Of a stretch of 64,000 nucleotides of DNA, positions 13,756 through 24,150 are shown piece by piece. The number at the start of each line of letters is the position of its first letter. Position 1 is the first letter of the stretch. The notes beneath the pieces were generated by a model. The model made no database searches and was not told the DNA's origin. It saw nothing but the letters and a program-made list of their open reading frames with translations. Made by a program: the position numbers and the translations under genes. This DNA is from a virus: positions 1-64,000 of the IMG/VR virus record IMGVR_UViG_3300019124_000038. The stretch is one strand, 5' to 3'.

Positions 13756-14575
13756 TCGCTACATGCGTGTAAATCTGAGTCGTTGCGATATCACTGTGAC
13801 CAAGTTGGCTTTGAATGAAACGAATATCCGCTCCTCCTTCCAACATATGAGTGGCGCAAGAGTGGCGGAAGATGTGAGGATAAAGACCTTCATCATGACG
13901 CTTTACTGCGTTTTGTACAGTCTTAGTGGTCATTGGTTGATCGTGTCGATCTTTGTACTTGCTTGCGAAGACATAGGCGGATTCGAAACCGCGCTCTGCA
14001 AGGTGCTCCTTAACAGCACGAACAGCCGAATCGGTCAATGGAACGATACGCTCTTTGTTACCCTTGCCAATCAAACGGACAACACTCATGGAGCCACCCT
14101 CAATTTCAATGTCGAAAATGTCTGTTGACTTAATCCCAACGAGTTCTTCTGCTCGGCAACCAGTCCCGTAGAGAACTTCAAGGATAGCACAGTCGAGTTT
14201 CGCTTGCTTGGTATCACCCTTTGCGCTGTCGAGAACCTTAATTGCTTTCTCTTGCGTCATGACTTTTGGTAGCCGCTTCTCTACCTTGGCGTTTTCGATC
14301 ATCCGCGCAGGGTTACGGTCGATAACCCCTTCCTTGACCAAGTAATCCCCAAACTTACGAATCGCCGATAGTTTTCGGTTGCGTGTTTTAGCCACGTCGC
14401 CCTTTTCGATTCGCTGGCGCAAGAATGCAATAATCGACTCTTTCGTAAATGACTCCAGAGTAGAAACAACTTCGGTGAATTGTCTCAGGTCAGTGCGGTA
14501 GTTGCGGATTGTATGCCCTGCCGCATTGCACTCGATCAGCATGTAATCGAGAAATTGATCGACTTTGTGTTCCAT
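13685..14575 (-). CDS. XerC/XerD-like tyrosine recombinase
   Basis: LYGTGCRAEEL, GKGNKERIVP, PHIFRHSCATHML, LGHSDIATTQIY. Confidence 0.95.
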   Translation of the reverse strand: MEHKVDQFLDYMLIECNAAGHTIRNYRTDLRQFTEVVSTLESFTKESIIAFLRQRIEKGDVAKTRNRKLSAIRKFGDYLVKEGVIDRNPARMIENAKVEKRLPKVMTQEKAIKVLDSAKGDTKQAKLDCAILEVLYGTGCRAEELVGIKSTDIFDIEIEGGSMSVVRLIGKGNKERIVPLTDSAVRAVKEHLAERGFESAYVFASKYKDRHDQPMTTKTVQNAVKRHDEGLYPHIFRHSCATHMLEGGADIRFIQSQLGHSDIATTQIYTHVATNRLAQAFQSSHPRARGLSEVAK

Positions 14576-14806
14576 TCGAATCACTCCCGCATCAAAGTTT
14601 CTGATAACATATTACCACCGTTTTCCACGAACGTCAATGTCAAATGGAATAAAAATCGTGTCGTTCAGAAGTTTGGGAAACAGGTAGGCAATGCCTGTTC
14701 TATGCCAATCGCATAGCATCTCCCCCTATTGGAAGGTCGGGAGGTCGCGGTTCATCCCCCTGACCCGACTTCTTGACCAATTTTTTACCCAAAGGAGGTA
14801 GACCAC

Positions 14807-15478
14807 ATGGCTCGGAGAGAGTTCACACCAGACGAATTAAACGATATCGCAAGCAAGGAGTGGAAGCAGACTCCGATTTTCACCAGTGATGAGAAGCTGG
14901 CACATAGAGCGAAAAATCTGACAGGCCCCAAGACAATCGAGGGAAAGAAGAAAGCACTTCAAAATCTGAGAGTGGGGAGAAACAGCATGGAGACACCAGT
15001 AACCAAACATGGGGGATATGTTCGTAGAATCATGGAGGAAGATGAGCAAGAGTTCTACTTTGCACGTCGCGAAGCGTACCTGAAAGACTACGATATTAAC
15101 AGCTCGGCAGACGAAATCATGTTGCACACAGCGTTGATCGAAGAAGTCATTCAGTACCGTCTCTTGAAGAAGCAGTTCCAGAATCCTTCTATCGACATTG
15201 ACCGTCCACTTACAGAATGTACAAATCGTCTCGAAAAGGCGTTGAAGAACTTGGGCGCACTACGCGTACAGCGACTCAGCCAAGACGAACGCATGAATGC
15301 CGTGTCTATTGCTTCTATCGCACAACAATTTGCGCGGGAACTGAACGCTGGCAACATGGATAAACTTCTGGCGGCACAAACCGAAGAGGAAGAGGAGTAC
15401 CTTCGTAAGAAACGAGAACGCGAAGCCAGCAAGGAAGTAGACGCTCACTACGAACTTATCGACAACGAGGAAGAGTGA
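14807..15478 (+). CDS. terminase small subunit (probable)
   Basis: TGPKTIEGK...KHG motif; directly upstream of TerL. Confidence 0.7.
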   Translation: MARREFTPDELNDIASKEWKQTPIFTSDEKLAHRAKNLTGPKTIEGKKKALQNLRVGRNSMETPVTKHGGYVRRIMEEDEQEFYFARREAYLKDYDINSSADEIMLHTALIEEVIQYRLLKKQFQNPSIDIDRPLTECTNRLEKALKNLGALRVQRLSQDERMNAVSIASIAQQFARELNAGNMDKLLAAQTEEEEEYLRKKREREASKEVDAHYELIDNEEE

Positions 15479-15484
15479 CCGTAA

Positions 15485-17170
15485 ATGAATACCGATTTCC
15501 AATTCATGTCGCAGGAGGAGCAAGGCTCGATTACATCAGAGCAACGCGCTATGCTGGACTTCTTTCATAAGAATCCAGATGTAGCGGCGGCAACGCTCCT
15601 TGTCAGAAACGATAAGCCGTTGCGGTTAGCTGTACACCAACGGCTTATTATTCGTGGTCTTTGGCGATATCAATTTAACCTCCTGATCTTGACCCGTGGT
15701 GGAGGTAAGACATTCCTTCTTGCACTCTACTGTGTGCTGAAAGCCATGCTATTTCCACGGGAAAAATGCGTAGTGGCTTCAAGCTCTTACCGTCAGGCGC
15801 AGTTTACGTTTGACGAGATTATTAAGATTTACGAGGAATCACCGCTTCTACGACAAGCATGTACCAAACCACCAGCCAAAGGCCCTAATTCATGTGAGAT
15901 GCACTTGGAGAATGGCTCAAAGGTTATCGCATATCCACTCGGTGACGGTCAGAAAATTCGTGGTGCTCGTGCGAACACCCTCGTAATGGACGAAGTGGCT
16001 CAAATTCCTTCTGAGATTATTAACCTCGTAATCCTTCCGATGATGAACACACGACAAGACCCATTCGACACATCAGGTCGCAAGAACCATTTGGTTATGG
16101 CAAGTTCTGCTTACTTCCAGTTCAATCACTTGTATGACCGATACCGTCAGTATCAAGAAAAGACAAACCCAAGTAGTCCAGAGTTTGATGATGCCTATGG
16201 GTTGCATGTCTACACGGTAGACGATATGCCCGATGGGTGGATGGATGAAAAGATTATTGCGGAAGCTCGTGCGACCCTGACTGAATTGCAATTCATGATG
16301 GAGTACATGTGTATTTTCCCTCCTGATTCTGATGGATTCTTCCCTGCGGCATTAGTAAATGGTGCTCGTAAACAATCGGTTATTATCGAGCCAACTGGAG
16401 AAAAGGGTGCTGAGTATGTATTCGGAATTGACCCGGCTCGTAGTGGTGACAACTTTGCTTTGGTTGTAATTAAACTTGATACGACTGGCTCGGGAAGCCC
16501 ACGCAACAAAGTTGTGGCATGTTACTCACTACATCGCCACACATTCCCACAGATGCACGAATTCATTCGTTATCAACTTCGCAACTATGAGAGCAATGGC
16601 GGTAAGGTCGTTCGTATTCAGATGGACAACGGCGGCGGCGGTCAAACGCTCCGAGATTTACTCGCCGAAGAGTTTGCTTGGTTCAATGAAGAGACCGAAA
16701 GATGGGAGACCATGCCAGCAATCGTTGATATGGACAATGAGGAGTTTGAATTCCTTTCAGGTCGCAGAATTCTTCGTATGCAAGTTTTTGGCTCTCAGTC
16801 CATTAATACCATGAACTATGACCTGCGGGCTGATCTTGAAAAAGGAAAGCTCTTAATCCCGATACAGCCGCCAAGCCACGAGGATGTATATGAGCGTCTG
16901 ATGAGGGAAATTGAAGACATGGTGCAAGAAACCATGACTATCGTTGCTACACCGAACAGTAAATCTGGATTCCTTCACTTTGACACACCAAAGCAACGCA
17001 TGAAGAAAGACCGCTATTCAGCACTTCTCATTGCGGCTCAAGGGGCAAGAGAATTGCAACGAGATTATGGCTCTCCTCCAGTTAAAAAACTGGCTAGAGG
17101 ATTCTCTAAAACATCATTGCTGAACCGTGGCTCTGGTGGCGGATTGAGAAGCGGGCACTTTCGAGGTTAG
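15485..17170 (+). CDS. terL: terminase large subunit
   Basis: RGGGKT Walker A, VMDE Walker B, FGIDPA nuclease motif, KDRYSA. Confidence 0.93.
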   Translation: MNTDFQFMSQEEQGSITSEQRAMLDFFHKNPDVAAATLLVRNDKPLRLAVHQRLIIRGLWRYQFNLLILTRGGGKTFLLALYCVLKAMLFPREKCVVASSSYRQAQFTFDEIIKIYEESPLLRQACTKPPAKGPNSCEMHLENGSKVIAYPLGDGQKIRGARANTLVMDEVAQIPSEIINLVILPMMNTRQDPFDTSGRKNHLVMASSAYFQFNHLYDRYRQYQEKTNPSSPEFDDAYGLHVYTVDDMPDGWMDEKIIAEARATLTELQFMMEYMCIFPPDSDGFFPAALVNGARKQSVIIEPTGEKGAEYVFGIDPARSGDNFALVVIKLDTTGSGSPRNKVVACYSLHRHTFPQMHEFIRYQLRNYESNGGKVVRIQMDNGGGGQTLRDLLAEEFAWFNEETERWETMPAIVDMDNEEFEFLSGRRILRMQVFGSQSINTMNYDLRADLEKGKLLIPIQPPSHEDVYERLMREIEDMVQETMTIVATPNSKSGFLHFDTPKQRMKKDRYSALLIAAQGARELQRDYGSPPVKKLARGFSKTSLLNRGSGGGLRSGHFRG

Positions 17171-17207
17171 ATTCCCAAATATAGATAGGTAGAAAGGAGG
17201 TAGTCAC

Positions 17208-19424
17208 ATGCCCGAAAAACGCAACACAAAGATTGTGTCTAAGGCAGACTTAGGTGGCGGCAAGAAACAGCTAACACTACAGATCAATGCCGAACATGAA
17301 AGTGAATACATGCAGATGTTCCGAGATGCTGGTGCTGAGATTACTACATCGGAAGGCATCAAGATCGGCAAGGGTTCTGTTAAGAACCGATATGCCCCTA
17401 GCGGCGGAGACCTCTATAGTGGCTTCACTTCCAATGACACGCCGTACACTTATGCCTTTAATGCAATTCCATCTGACCCACATGACAAGATGAAATTCGC
17501 AATGGAGTTGTACAAGCTGGAGCCAGTTGTGGGCACAGTTATTGACCTAATGGTTGATTTTAGCGCAAGTGGTTTCACCAATGAATGCGAAGATCAAGAG
17601 GTTAAAAAGTTGTATGATTCATGGGCTAAGGAAGTACGACTCTCTGAGTTGATCGAAGGTATTTTCCTAGAGTTCTATCGCTCGGGAAATGTGACTATTT
17701 ACCGTAGCGACAAGAACGCTACAGTCAAAAAAACGACTACAACGAAGAACAAGAAGACTTCGAAAGAATACAAGTTCCCTGCTGGCTACACTGTTCTGAG
17801 TCCACTCAATGTTTTCATTGAAGGTCTCATGATGTTCAATTTGGAGATGGTTACTCTTCAACTCCCAAAAGAGGTAATTCGTCTCATCAAGGATAACAAG
17901 ACACCTGAGTACATCATCAATCAGTTGCCAGAGGAGTTCGTGCGAATCGTTCGTGCTGGCGGTGAGAAAGTTCCACTCAACCCTGAGCTTGTAAGCCGCA
18001 TCACGCGCCGAAAGCAGGACTATGAACGCTACGCAAGTCCTTTTTTAGAGCGAGTCTTCGAGCCAGTTCTGTACAAGCGTAAGCTCCGTCAGATGGATAT
18101 GGCTACCATCGAGGGACTTATTAATCAGCTTGTCACTGTTACAGTTGGTAATGACGAGTATCCTGCTACTGACGATGATCTGGAAGCAATCGCAGAGCTT
18201 TTCAACACACCAAACAAGGCGTACACCGTCTTCTGGAACCACACACTTCAAGTTACATTCCACACTCCAGAAGGACTTGATTCACTCCACCAAGACAAGT
18301 ACAAGCAAGTCAATGAAGATATCATGACGGGCATTGGCGTAAGCCGCGTACTGTTGGATGGACAAGGTGCTAACTTTTCTACAGCATGGGTATCCATTCT
18401 CTCTCTGATTGAACGTCTGGAGAATGCGCGTGAGAAAGTCAAGGATTGGATTGAGAAGGAATACAGGCGTATCGCCGAAGAGAACAACTTCAAGATCGCT
18501 CCTACCATCCGCTTCAACAATATGAATCTTCGCGAAGACACCTATGTACGAGATGTTCTGCTTGCTATGTATGATCGTGGCTTACTCGACGCAGAAGACC
18601 TTCTGGTTGAGACTGGTCGTGACTATCGTGCAATCGTTGAAACGAAGAAGCGAAATAAGAAAAATTCTAGCCTGTTTGAGCCACCAATGCCAGCTAATCA
18701 AAATGGCGGTAATGGTCGCCCTACTGGAACAGGCGGGAACTACCCTTCAAATCGCAAAACTTCGCCAACACAGAATGATGGTAAAGCTCCAAAGCCTAAG
18801 TCAAGCAAGGCGACAGCATCTTCTACTAGGCTAGAGGAAGAGTATGAAAGTGAACTTTCAGAAATTTATCGTTCAATTCAAGCAGATATCAGTGGATTGG
18901 TGGAAGCCAACAAGAACATTGACGATCAAATCCTAGAAGGAATGATTATGGCTACTGTGCTGGCAATGTTCAAGTCCCTACAGTCGGTTGGTGCATCGTA
19001 TATTGGTCGTGCTATCGAAACTGAGTTTGATGACTACGAGGTATCTGGTGACATGGTAGATCGCCTTCGTCGCGAACTTATCCAATGGAACAACAGTTAT
19101 CTCAACAAATTGGCTCACGATATCAAGGACAAAATCGTTTCGAGCATCCGAAGGGGTCTCGAACCAGATGAAGCAGTCCTACATGCGTTCTCTACGAACC
19201 ATTACCGAATTAGCTTAATTGCAAGTTCGGGAATCGTTGAGTCGGTTCGTCAGGCAAAGATCGAGGGCAACAAGGCGACAGGTAGCCGATTCGCTCAATG
19301 GGTTGCTCACCTTGACGACAGAACTTGTGCTACTTGCTCAGGTCTTGACGGTCAAGAGTTCCCAATCGACGCTGTGCCACCACGACCACATGCTCATTGC
19401 AGATGTGATCTGACTTTTAATTAA
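17208..19424 (+). CDS. portal protein with C-terminal MuF/minor-head-like domain
   Basis: position after TerL; C-terminal WVAHLDDRTCATC.GLDG...PPRPHAHCRC. Confidence 0.8.
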   Translation: MPEKRNTKIVSKADLGGGKKQLTLQINAEHESEYMQMFRDAGAEITTSEGIKIGKGSVKNRYAPSGGDLYSGFTSNDTPYTYAFNAIPSDPHDKMKFAMELYKLEPVVGTVIDLMVDFSASGFTNECEDQEVKKLYDSWAKEVRLSELIEGIFLEFYRSGNVTIYRSDKNATVKKTTTTKNKKTSKEYKFPAGYTVLSPLNVFIEGLMMFNLEMVTLQLPKEVIRLIKDNKTPEYIINQLPEEFVRIVRAGGEKVPLNPELVSRITRRKQDYERYASPFLERVFEPVLYKRKLRQMDMATIEGLINQLVTVTVGNDEYPATDDDLEAIAELFNTPNKAYTVFWNHTLQVTFHTPEGLDSLHQDKYKQVNEDIMTGIGVSRVLLDGQGANFSTAWVSILSLIERLENAREKVKDWIEKEYRRIAEENNFKIAPTIRFNNMNLREDTYVRDVLLAMYDRGLLDAEDLLVETGRDYRAIVETKKRNKKNSSLFEPPMPANQNGGNGRPTGTGGNYPSNRKTSPTQNDGKAPKPKSSKATASSTRLEEEYESELSEIYRSIQADISGLVEANKNIDDQILEGMIMATVLAMFKSLQSVGASYIGRAIETEFDDYEVSGDMVDRLRRELIQWNNSYLNKLAHDIKDKIVSSIRRGLEPDEAVLHAFSTNHYRISLIASSGIVESVRQAKIEGNKATGSRFAQWVAHLDDRTCATCSGLDGQEFPIDAVPPRPHAHCRCDLTFN

Positions 19425-19438
19425 AGGTGGTGAAGTAA

Positions 19439-21049
19439 GTGAAAGACCTCTTGGAAATGGGCTACACAAGGGTCGATGTACCACTCGCCGTAGGCTCCTA
19501 CGAGGTAAATGACGAAGCGGCGAAGGCTATTGCGTTCAATGACAATACTATTGAACTCGACCCTGACCTTCAATATATCCGCTTCATCATGTGCCACGAA
19601 GGGGTGAACGCAAATGGTGACTACTTCACCAAGGAAGTTCTGAAACGCGCTCAGTTTACCCCTCGCTTGAAGCCTGTCAATTGGGAGCACGGTCAGCCAA
19701 TGATCGGAACCATGATTGATAGCCGCTACGCAGAAGATGCGAACGGACGCGGGTACATTGAAGCAATCGGCGTAGTTTGGAAGTTTATTTACCCAGAGCT
19801 TGCCGACGCGATCAAACAAAAATCCGCTTCTGGCGAATTGAAGCTGTCAATGGAGTGCTACTACAAAGATGCCAACTATAAGGTCGGCGATCAAATTTAT
19901 GACCAAGAAACCGCTGAGAAAATGGGAATTGTTCCATATGTCGGACGCGAGTATCTTGGCAAGAAAGTAGAGCGAATCTTCACTGATGTTCTTTTCGGCG
20001 GCGTGGGTATTGTTGCCAACCCTGCGGATAAGGAAGCTGTATTCTTGGCTGTTGCAAAAGACCTAGATAACCAAGAATCCACATCTGCTTCCGACTTCAT
20101 CCGTCCCGTAACCGATTTTCGACAGCGAACTCTTGATCGAGAAACGACCCATGCAGTTGTTGTTGCGAAGTATATTAAAGCTCTTGATACGGCCAAGAGT
20201 CAAATCGTCGCAAGATTCAACGACGAGTCCTTGAAGACAAAAGACCAACACATCTCTGAGGTTCGTTCGATTATTGAAGGTATGCTAAGTGAAATCAATA
20301 AGATCAGCACCGCTTACCATAAAGGGGTAGCTGGCGAAGAATCTCATGAAATGGAGGAAGATGACAATATGGCACGAAAGAAAATTGCTACTGAAATCGA
20401 ACAAGTGGAAACCGAAGTTCTTGAAACGGAAACTACTGAAACAGTTGAGGAAGTCGTAGAATCATCCGAGGAAGTTACTACGGAGGAAGTTACTACAGAA
20501 GTCGAGACTATTAAGGCAGAAGAAGTTGTTGAAACCGAGGAATCTGTTGAAGAAATCGAAACTGAGGAAGTTTCGGAAGCAAACGAAGCTCAAGCGGCAC
20601 TTGAAGCGCGTGTAGCCGAACTTGAGTCAGAGCTAGAGAATGAAATGAGAGAGCATGATGCACTAAAGGGAGCATATGCCGCACTCAAGCGCGAGTTCGA
20701 TCAGGCTAAGGCTCAACAAGTGATTGCTTCTCGAATCTCTGAACTCAGCGAAGTTGGCATCAAGTTCGTAGGTCAGCGCCTTGCAAAAGAAGAAGCGAAG
20801 ATCGCCAATATGGACGACTCAACATTCGCTGACTACAAGGAACTGCTCATGGAAGTTGCTGGCGTAACTGTCACAGCATCAAGTGAGGTAGTTGAAGAAG
20901 TTGAGACAGTGAATGCTTCCGAAGATGAAGAAATCGAGGAAGAAGTTACAGTTGAGGGTGTTGAATCTGCTACAGCGGGTCTCAACATTGAGGTAGATGT
21001 AACACCGAATGTGCGTAAGCCATTCGCGCATCTGCGTCGCTCCAACTAG
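19439..21049 (+). CDS. prohead protease fused to acidic scaffold
   Basis: N.NGDYF, VNWEH, LSMEC, GVGIVANPAD; Glu-rich coiled-coil C-terminal half. Confidence 0.8.
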   Translation: MKDLLEMGYTRVDVPLAVGSYEVNDEAAKAIAFNDNTIELDPDLQYIRFIMCHEGVNANGDYFTKEVLKRAQFTPRLKPVNWEHGQPMIGTMIDSRYAEDANGRGYIEAIGVVWKFIYPELADAIKQKSASGELKLSMECYYKDANYKVGDQIYDQETAEKMGIVPYVGREYLGKKVERIFTDVLFGGVGIVANPADKEAVFLAVAKDLDNQESTSASDFIRPVTDFRQRTLDRETTHAVVVAKYIKALDTAKSQIVARFNDESLKTKDQHISEVRSIIEGMLSEINKISTAYHKGVAGEESHEMEEDDNMARKKIATEIEQVETEVLETETTETVEEVVESSEEVTTEEVTTEVETIKAEEVVETEESVEEIETEEVSEANEAQAALEARVAELESELENEMREHDALKGAYAALKREFDQAKAQQVIASRISELSEVGIKFVGQRLAKEEAKIANMDDSTFADYKELLMEVAGVTVTASSEVVEEVETVNASEDEEIEEEVTVEGVESATAGLNIEVDVTPNVRKPFAHLRRSN

Positions 21050-21089
21050 GTAGCTTGACAACCATCATATACGAGGAGGAAATAACCCG

Positions 21090-21521
21090 ATGTTGAAGGC
21101 ACACTTCTACAATGGCATTAACCCGTACTTCAAAACAGACGAGCTTCTGGTACAGGGTCAACTTGTCACCTACGACACGGCTAAAGAAGGCTTCATTAAA
21201 GCGGCGGAAGCTGGCGATCTTGTCGCTGGTGTAGTTGCACAAGATGTTGTCGAATTCCGTGATGACAGCTTCAAACTTACCTCTGTAACCCACAAGGCTT
21301 ACAAGAGCATCGACCATGTAGGTTTCTACTACGATGGCGGTATCTTTTCTACTGACCAGTATACGGGTACTGTCACAGTCGGCGCACTTCTGTACGCTGG
21401 TGCAAATGGTCAGATGACAACTACTGTTCCCGCAACTGGCGACACAACTCCTGTTGCTCGTGCAGAGAAAGCGGCTAACAAAGCAAACAACGATGTATTG
21501 AAGTACACACTTCTCATCTAA
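21090..21521 (+). CDS. capsid decoration/cement protein
   Basis: 143 aa, beta-rich, between scaffold and major capsid gene. Confidence 0.65.
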   Translation: MLKAHFYNGINPYFKTDELLVQGQLVTYDTAKEGFIKAAEAGDLVAGVVAQDVVEFRDDSFKLTSVTHKAYKSIDHVGFYYDGGIFSTDQYTGTVTVGALLYAGANGQMTTTVPATGDTTPVARAEKAANKANNDVLKYTLLI

Positions 21522-21557
21522 TCACCACACCACACAAAACTGGAGGTAATTTGACCG

Positions 21558-22451
21558 ATGGATAAATTCAAAGTCGCATTGGCTTCGAATCTTCAAGGCG
21601 AAGACATCAAAACCTTCGTAGAAGATTTCAAGGCTACGGCAGACAACGAGGAGTACCGCAAGCAGTTTGCGGCATCTCTGAGCGTTCCTCTGTACGAAGC
21701 AATCAAGCCACAAACATCTGTCCGTGACATTTTCTATGTAGATCATCTTCCTGCGGGCTCGGTTCCTGAGTACCCAATTGCTCTGAACGGCATTGAGCAA
21801 GCTATCGTAATGCCACGTATCGGTGCGATTCCTACGAACATGTTCGTCGGCGACAGCATCACCATTCCTACATTCGAAGTTGCAAACTCTGTCGAGTGGA
21901 AACTTTCGTTCGTTCGTGATGGTCGCTACGCAGTTGTCGAACATGCTCTCGATAGCCTTGCAGAGTCCTTCGTAGAAATGGAAGAAAAAGCTGGTTGGGA
22001 TACCATTCGTGGTGCGATCTACGCTGGCAACACCCTGATTTCTACCGAAACTACACTCAGCAAAAAGCTGTTCAACGATCTCATCACTGAGATGAAGGCT
22101 CGTAAGAAAACTCCAGAAGTCATCTATGTCTCACCACGCCGCGCTAAAGACATTCGCGAGTGGGCGGGCAACGAGATCGACCCTGTAACTCAGCGCGAAA
22201 TCTTCGTGAAGGGCGGCATGGGAAGCATCTGGGGCGTTCGAATTGTCGAACTGGAACACCTGTCTGACAACGAGCTTTTCTGCTTCGATACTAAAAACTT
22301 TGGTATCATGCCAATCCGCACAACCCTCACCACTTACGACAAGCCAGATAGCATTAACTATCTGCGTAACGGCGTACTGGCATGGGAAGAAATCGGCTTC
22401 GCGGTCATCGAGAAAGATCGCATGATGTACTTCGGCGGTATGACTGCCTAA
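21558..22451 (+). CDS. major capsid protein
   Basis: synteny, size, HK97-like pattern (G.IWGVRIV; WEEIGFAV). Confidence 0.85.
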   Translation: MDKFKVALASNLQGEDIKTFVEDFKATADNEEYRKQFAASLSVPLYEAIKPQTSVRDIFYVDHLPAGSVPEYPIALNGIEQAIVMPRIGAIPTNMFVGDSITIPTFEVANSVEWKLSFVRDGRYAVVEHALDSLAESFVEMEEKAGWDTIRGAIYAGNTLISTETTLSKKLFNDLITEMKARKKTPEVIYVSPRRAKDIREWAGNEIDPVTQREIFVKGGMGSIWGVRIVELEHLSDNELFCFDTKNFGIMPIRTTLTTYDKPDSINYLRNGVLAWEEIGFAVIEKDRMMYFGGMTA

Positions 22452-22473
22452 GTCAAAATGATCTGAAAGGTAC

Positions 22474-22508
22474 GCCCTACTCTCTACAGTACCGTAGGGA
22501 GTGGGGCT
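22474..22508 (+). terminator. hairpin after capsid gene (terminator or stabiliser)
   Basis: GCCCTACTCTCTAC/GTAGGGAGTGGGGC, weak T-tract. Confidence 0.55.
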
Positions 22509-22561
22509 TATCTCTTGTTACGGTCTAATATAATACCCAAATGGGGAAGGAGAAAGAGCAC

Positions 22562-23152
22562 ATGGCTACTAACTATAATGAGCTTTTCAAGGTACGGAAT
22601 GTTGCTGGAGGTATCGTAGTAATTGGTGCTTTCAAGCTGGATGACGGGAATGAACGTCTTGTCAACCCTGCGAAATTCTCAACGGGAGCAATCGACACCA
22701 TTAAGGCGTATGTAGATCGCGGCTACCTCGAAGCATCCAATGACGTTGCCGATCTCATTAAACTGGAGGAATACGCTGATATCGTTGCGGCTGTCGATGT
22801 GAAATCTGCAAACGGCAAAGACTTTACCGTGTTTGGCGGTCATGCTGAAAAAGAGCAGTACAAGCCGAAGCGCACAGGCGTTATCCAAGTTAGCGCACTG
22901 GAAACAGGCAAGGCTCTCGAAGTCAAGTCAATTGACACGGTGCAAAAGGCGACTGGTGTAACCGAGGAAGTCTTCGATATTGAAGAAGCAAAAGAACTTC
23001 TCGGTCTTCACTGGAAGACACTCGAAAAGCGCGTAGCAGAACTTACGAATGTAACTAACATCGAATACATTCTGACCGTTGCGAAAAATGCAGAACTCGG
23101 CGAAAAGAAGGTTGAGATTCTTGAAGCTCGACTGGCTGAACTGAAAGCATAA
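22562..23152 (+). CDS. hypothetical head-module protein
   Basis: AAGGAG RBS, synteny. Confidence 0.75.
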   Translation: MATNYNELFKVRNVAGGIVVIGAFKLDDGNERLVNPAKFSTGAIDTIKAYVDRGYLEASNDVADLIKLEEYADIVAAVDVKSANGKDFTVFGGHAEKEQYKPKRTGVIQVSALETGKALEVKSIDTVQKATGVTEEVFDIEEAKELLGLHWKTLEKRVAELTNVTNIEYILTVAKNAELGEKKVEILEARLAELKA

Positions 23153-23174
23153 CAGTCGAAGAAATGACTCTAAC

Positions 23175-23209
23175 AGTGGGTGTCCTGCTTTGTGGGATAC
23201 CCACTTTTT
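23175..23209 (+). terminator. intrinsic terminator
   Basis: AGTGGGTGTCC/GGATACCCACT plus T-run. Confidence 0.8.
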
Positions 23210-23227
23210 AAAAGGAGGAAGCGGCAC

Positions 23228-23641
23228 ATGGCGGCAATCGAAAACTGCATTCAGGTTCTTCGTAGGCGCATTGGCGATACAGAGGAACCATATACCTTCT
23301 CCGATGAGCTTCTGACTGGCTATATTGATGATGCCGTAGCTCAGGTTGAGCTTGAATGGAATCGTGGCATTACATGTTCGTTCGGTGTGTTTAATGTCGA
23401 GATCACGCCACAGGATGTTGTTCTTTTCACTACAATGGCGCACTACCTTGTGAAGCTCCGCACCAAAGATAAGGCTGACAGAGACAACTTCCTGATGAAG
23501 AAAGGTCGCCTGACTCTTGACAACACAAACCAAGCTGGAGATCATATGCAGACTCTTGAAATTCTCATGAAGGAGTATAAGCGCGTACTGTTCCAAGCGC
23601 GTAATGGTAGCGGGTCAATTAAAGGCGTAAGGGTGGAGTAA
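23228..23641 (+). CDS. head-tail adaptor (probable)
   Basis: LRRRIGD...FSDE.L..YI motif; AGGAGG RBS. Confidence 0.7.
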   Translation: MAAIENCIQVLRRRIGDTEEPYTFSDELLTGYIDDAVAQVELEWNRGITCSFGVFNVEITPQDVVLFTTMAHYLVKLRTKDKADRDNFLMKKGRLTLDNTNQAGDHMQTLEILMKEYKRVLFQARNGSGSIKGVRVE

Positions 23642-23647
23642 TAGATT

Positions 23648-24142
23648 ATGAACATTCCAAACGCGAACCTTCGCAACATGCTGAACGCCATTAGTCAGGG
23701 CAACCACGTTCTGAATGAAACAGTGCGCCTTTTCAGAAATAGTGAGGAGAAGTGTCCTGACTGTAAATTTGACCCGATTCGTAAGGAATCAACAAACCCT
23801 TACTGCGATACTTGTGGCGGCACTGGTCTCATTGTGACTGAAAACTTTTATGAGATCACGGCATCTGTCGAGTCTTTGTCGGACTACACAAATGAATTCG
23901 AGAATGTAGGGAAGCTCACCCAAGGTGAAATATTTGTCACATTGGACAACAAAGAAATCACAGAAATACTCAATGTGACTCCGGTATATGATCTAGACGA
24001 CTTCAAGGAGTTGAAGGCATTCGTTAACTCGTTTAACTATCTGACATGGCGCGGAGCTAGATATGATCTTGCCAGCTTTGAAGATGGAAGACTCCAAGGA
24101 ATCCTCTATGAGATCACCATGAGAATGAAATTAAATGAGTAG
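23648..24142 (+). CDS. head-closure protein with zinc finger (probable)
   Basis: CPDC...CDTCGGTG; synteny. Confidence 0.6.
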   Translation: MNIPNANLRNMLNAISQGNHVLNETVRLFRNSEEKCPDCKFDPIRKESTNPYCDTCGGTGLIVTENFYEITASVESLSDYTNEFENVGKLTQGEIFVTLDNKEITEILNVTPVYDLDDFKELKAFVNSFNYLTWRGARYDLASFEDGRLQGILYEITMRMKLNE

Positions 24143-24150
24143 GTGGAGAT

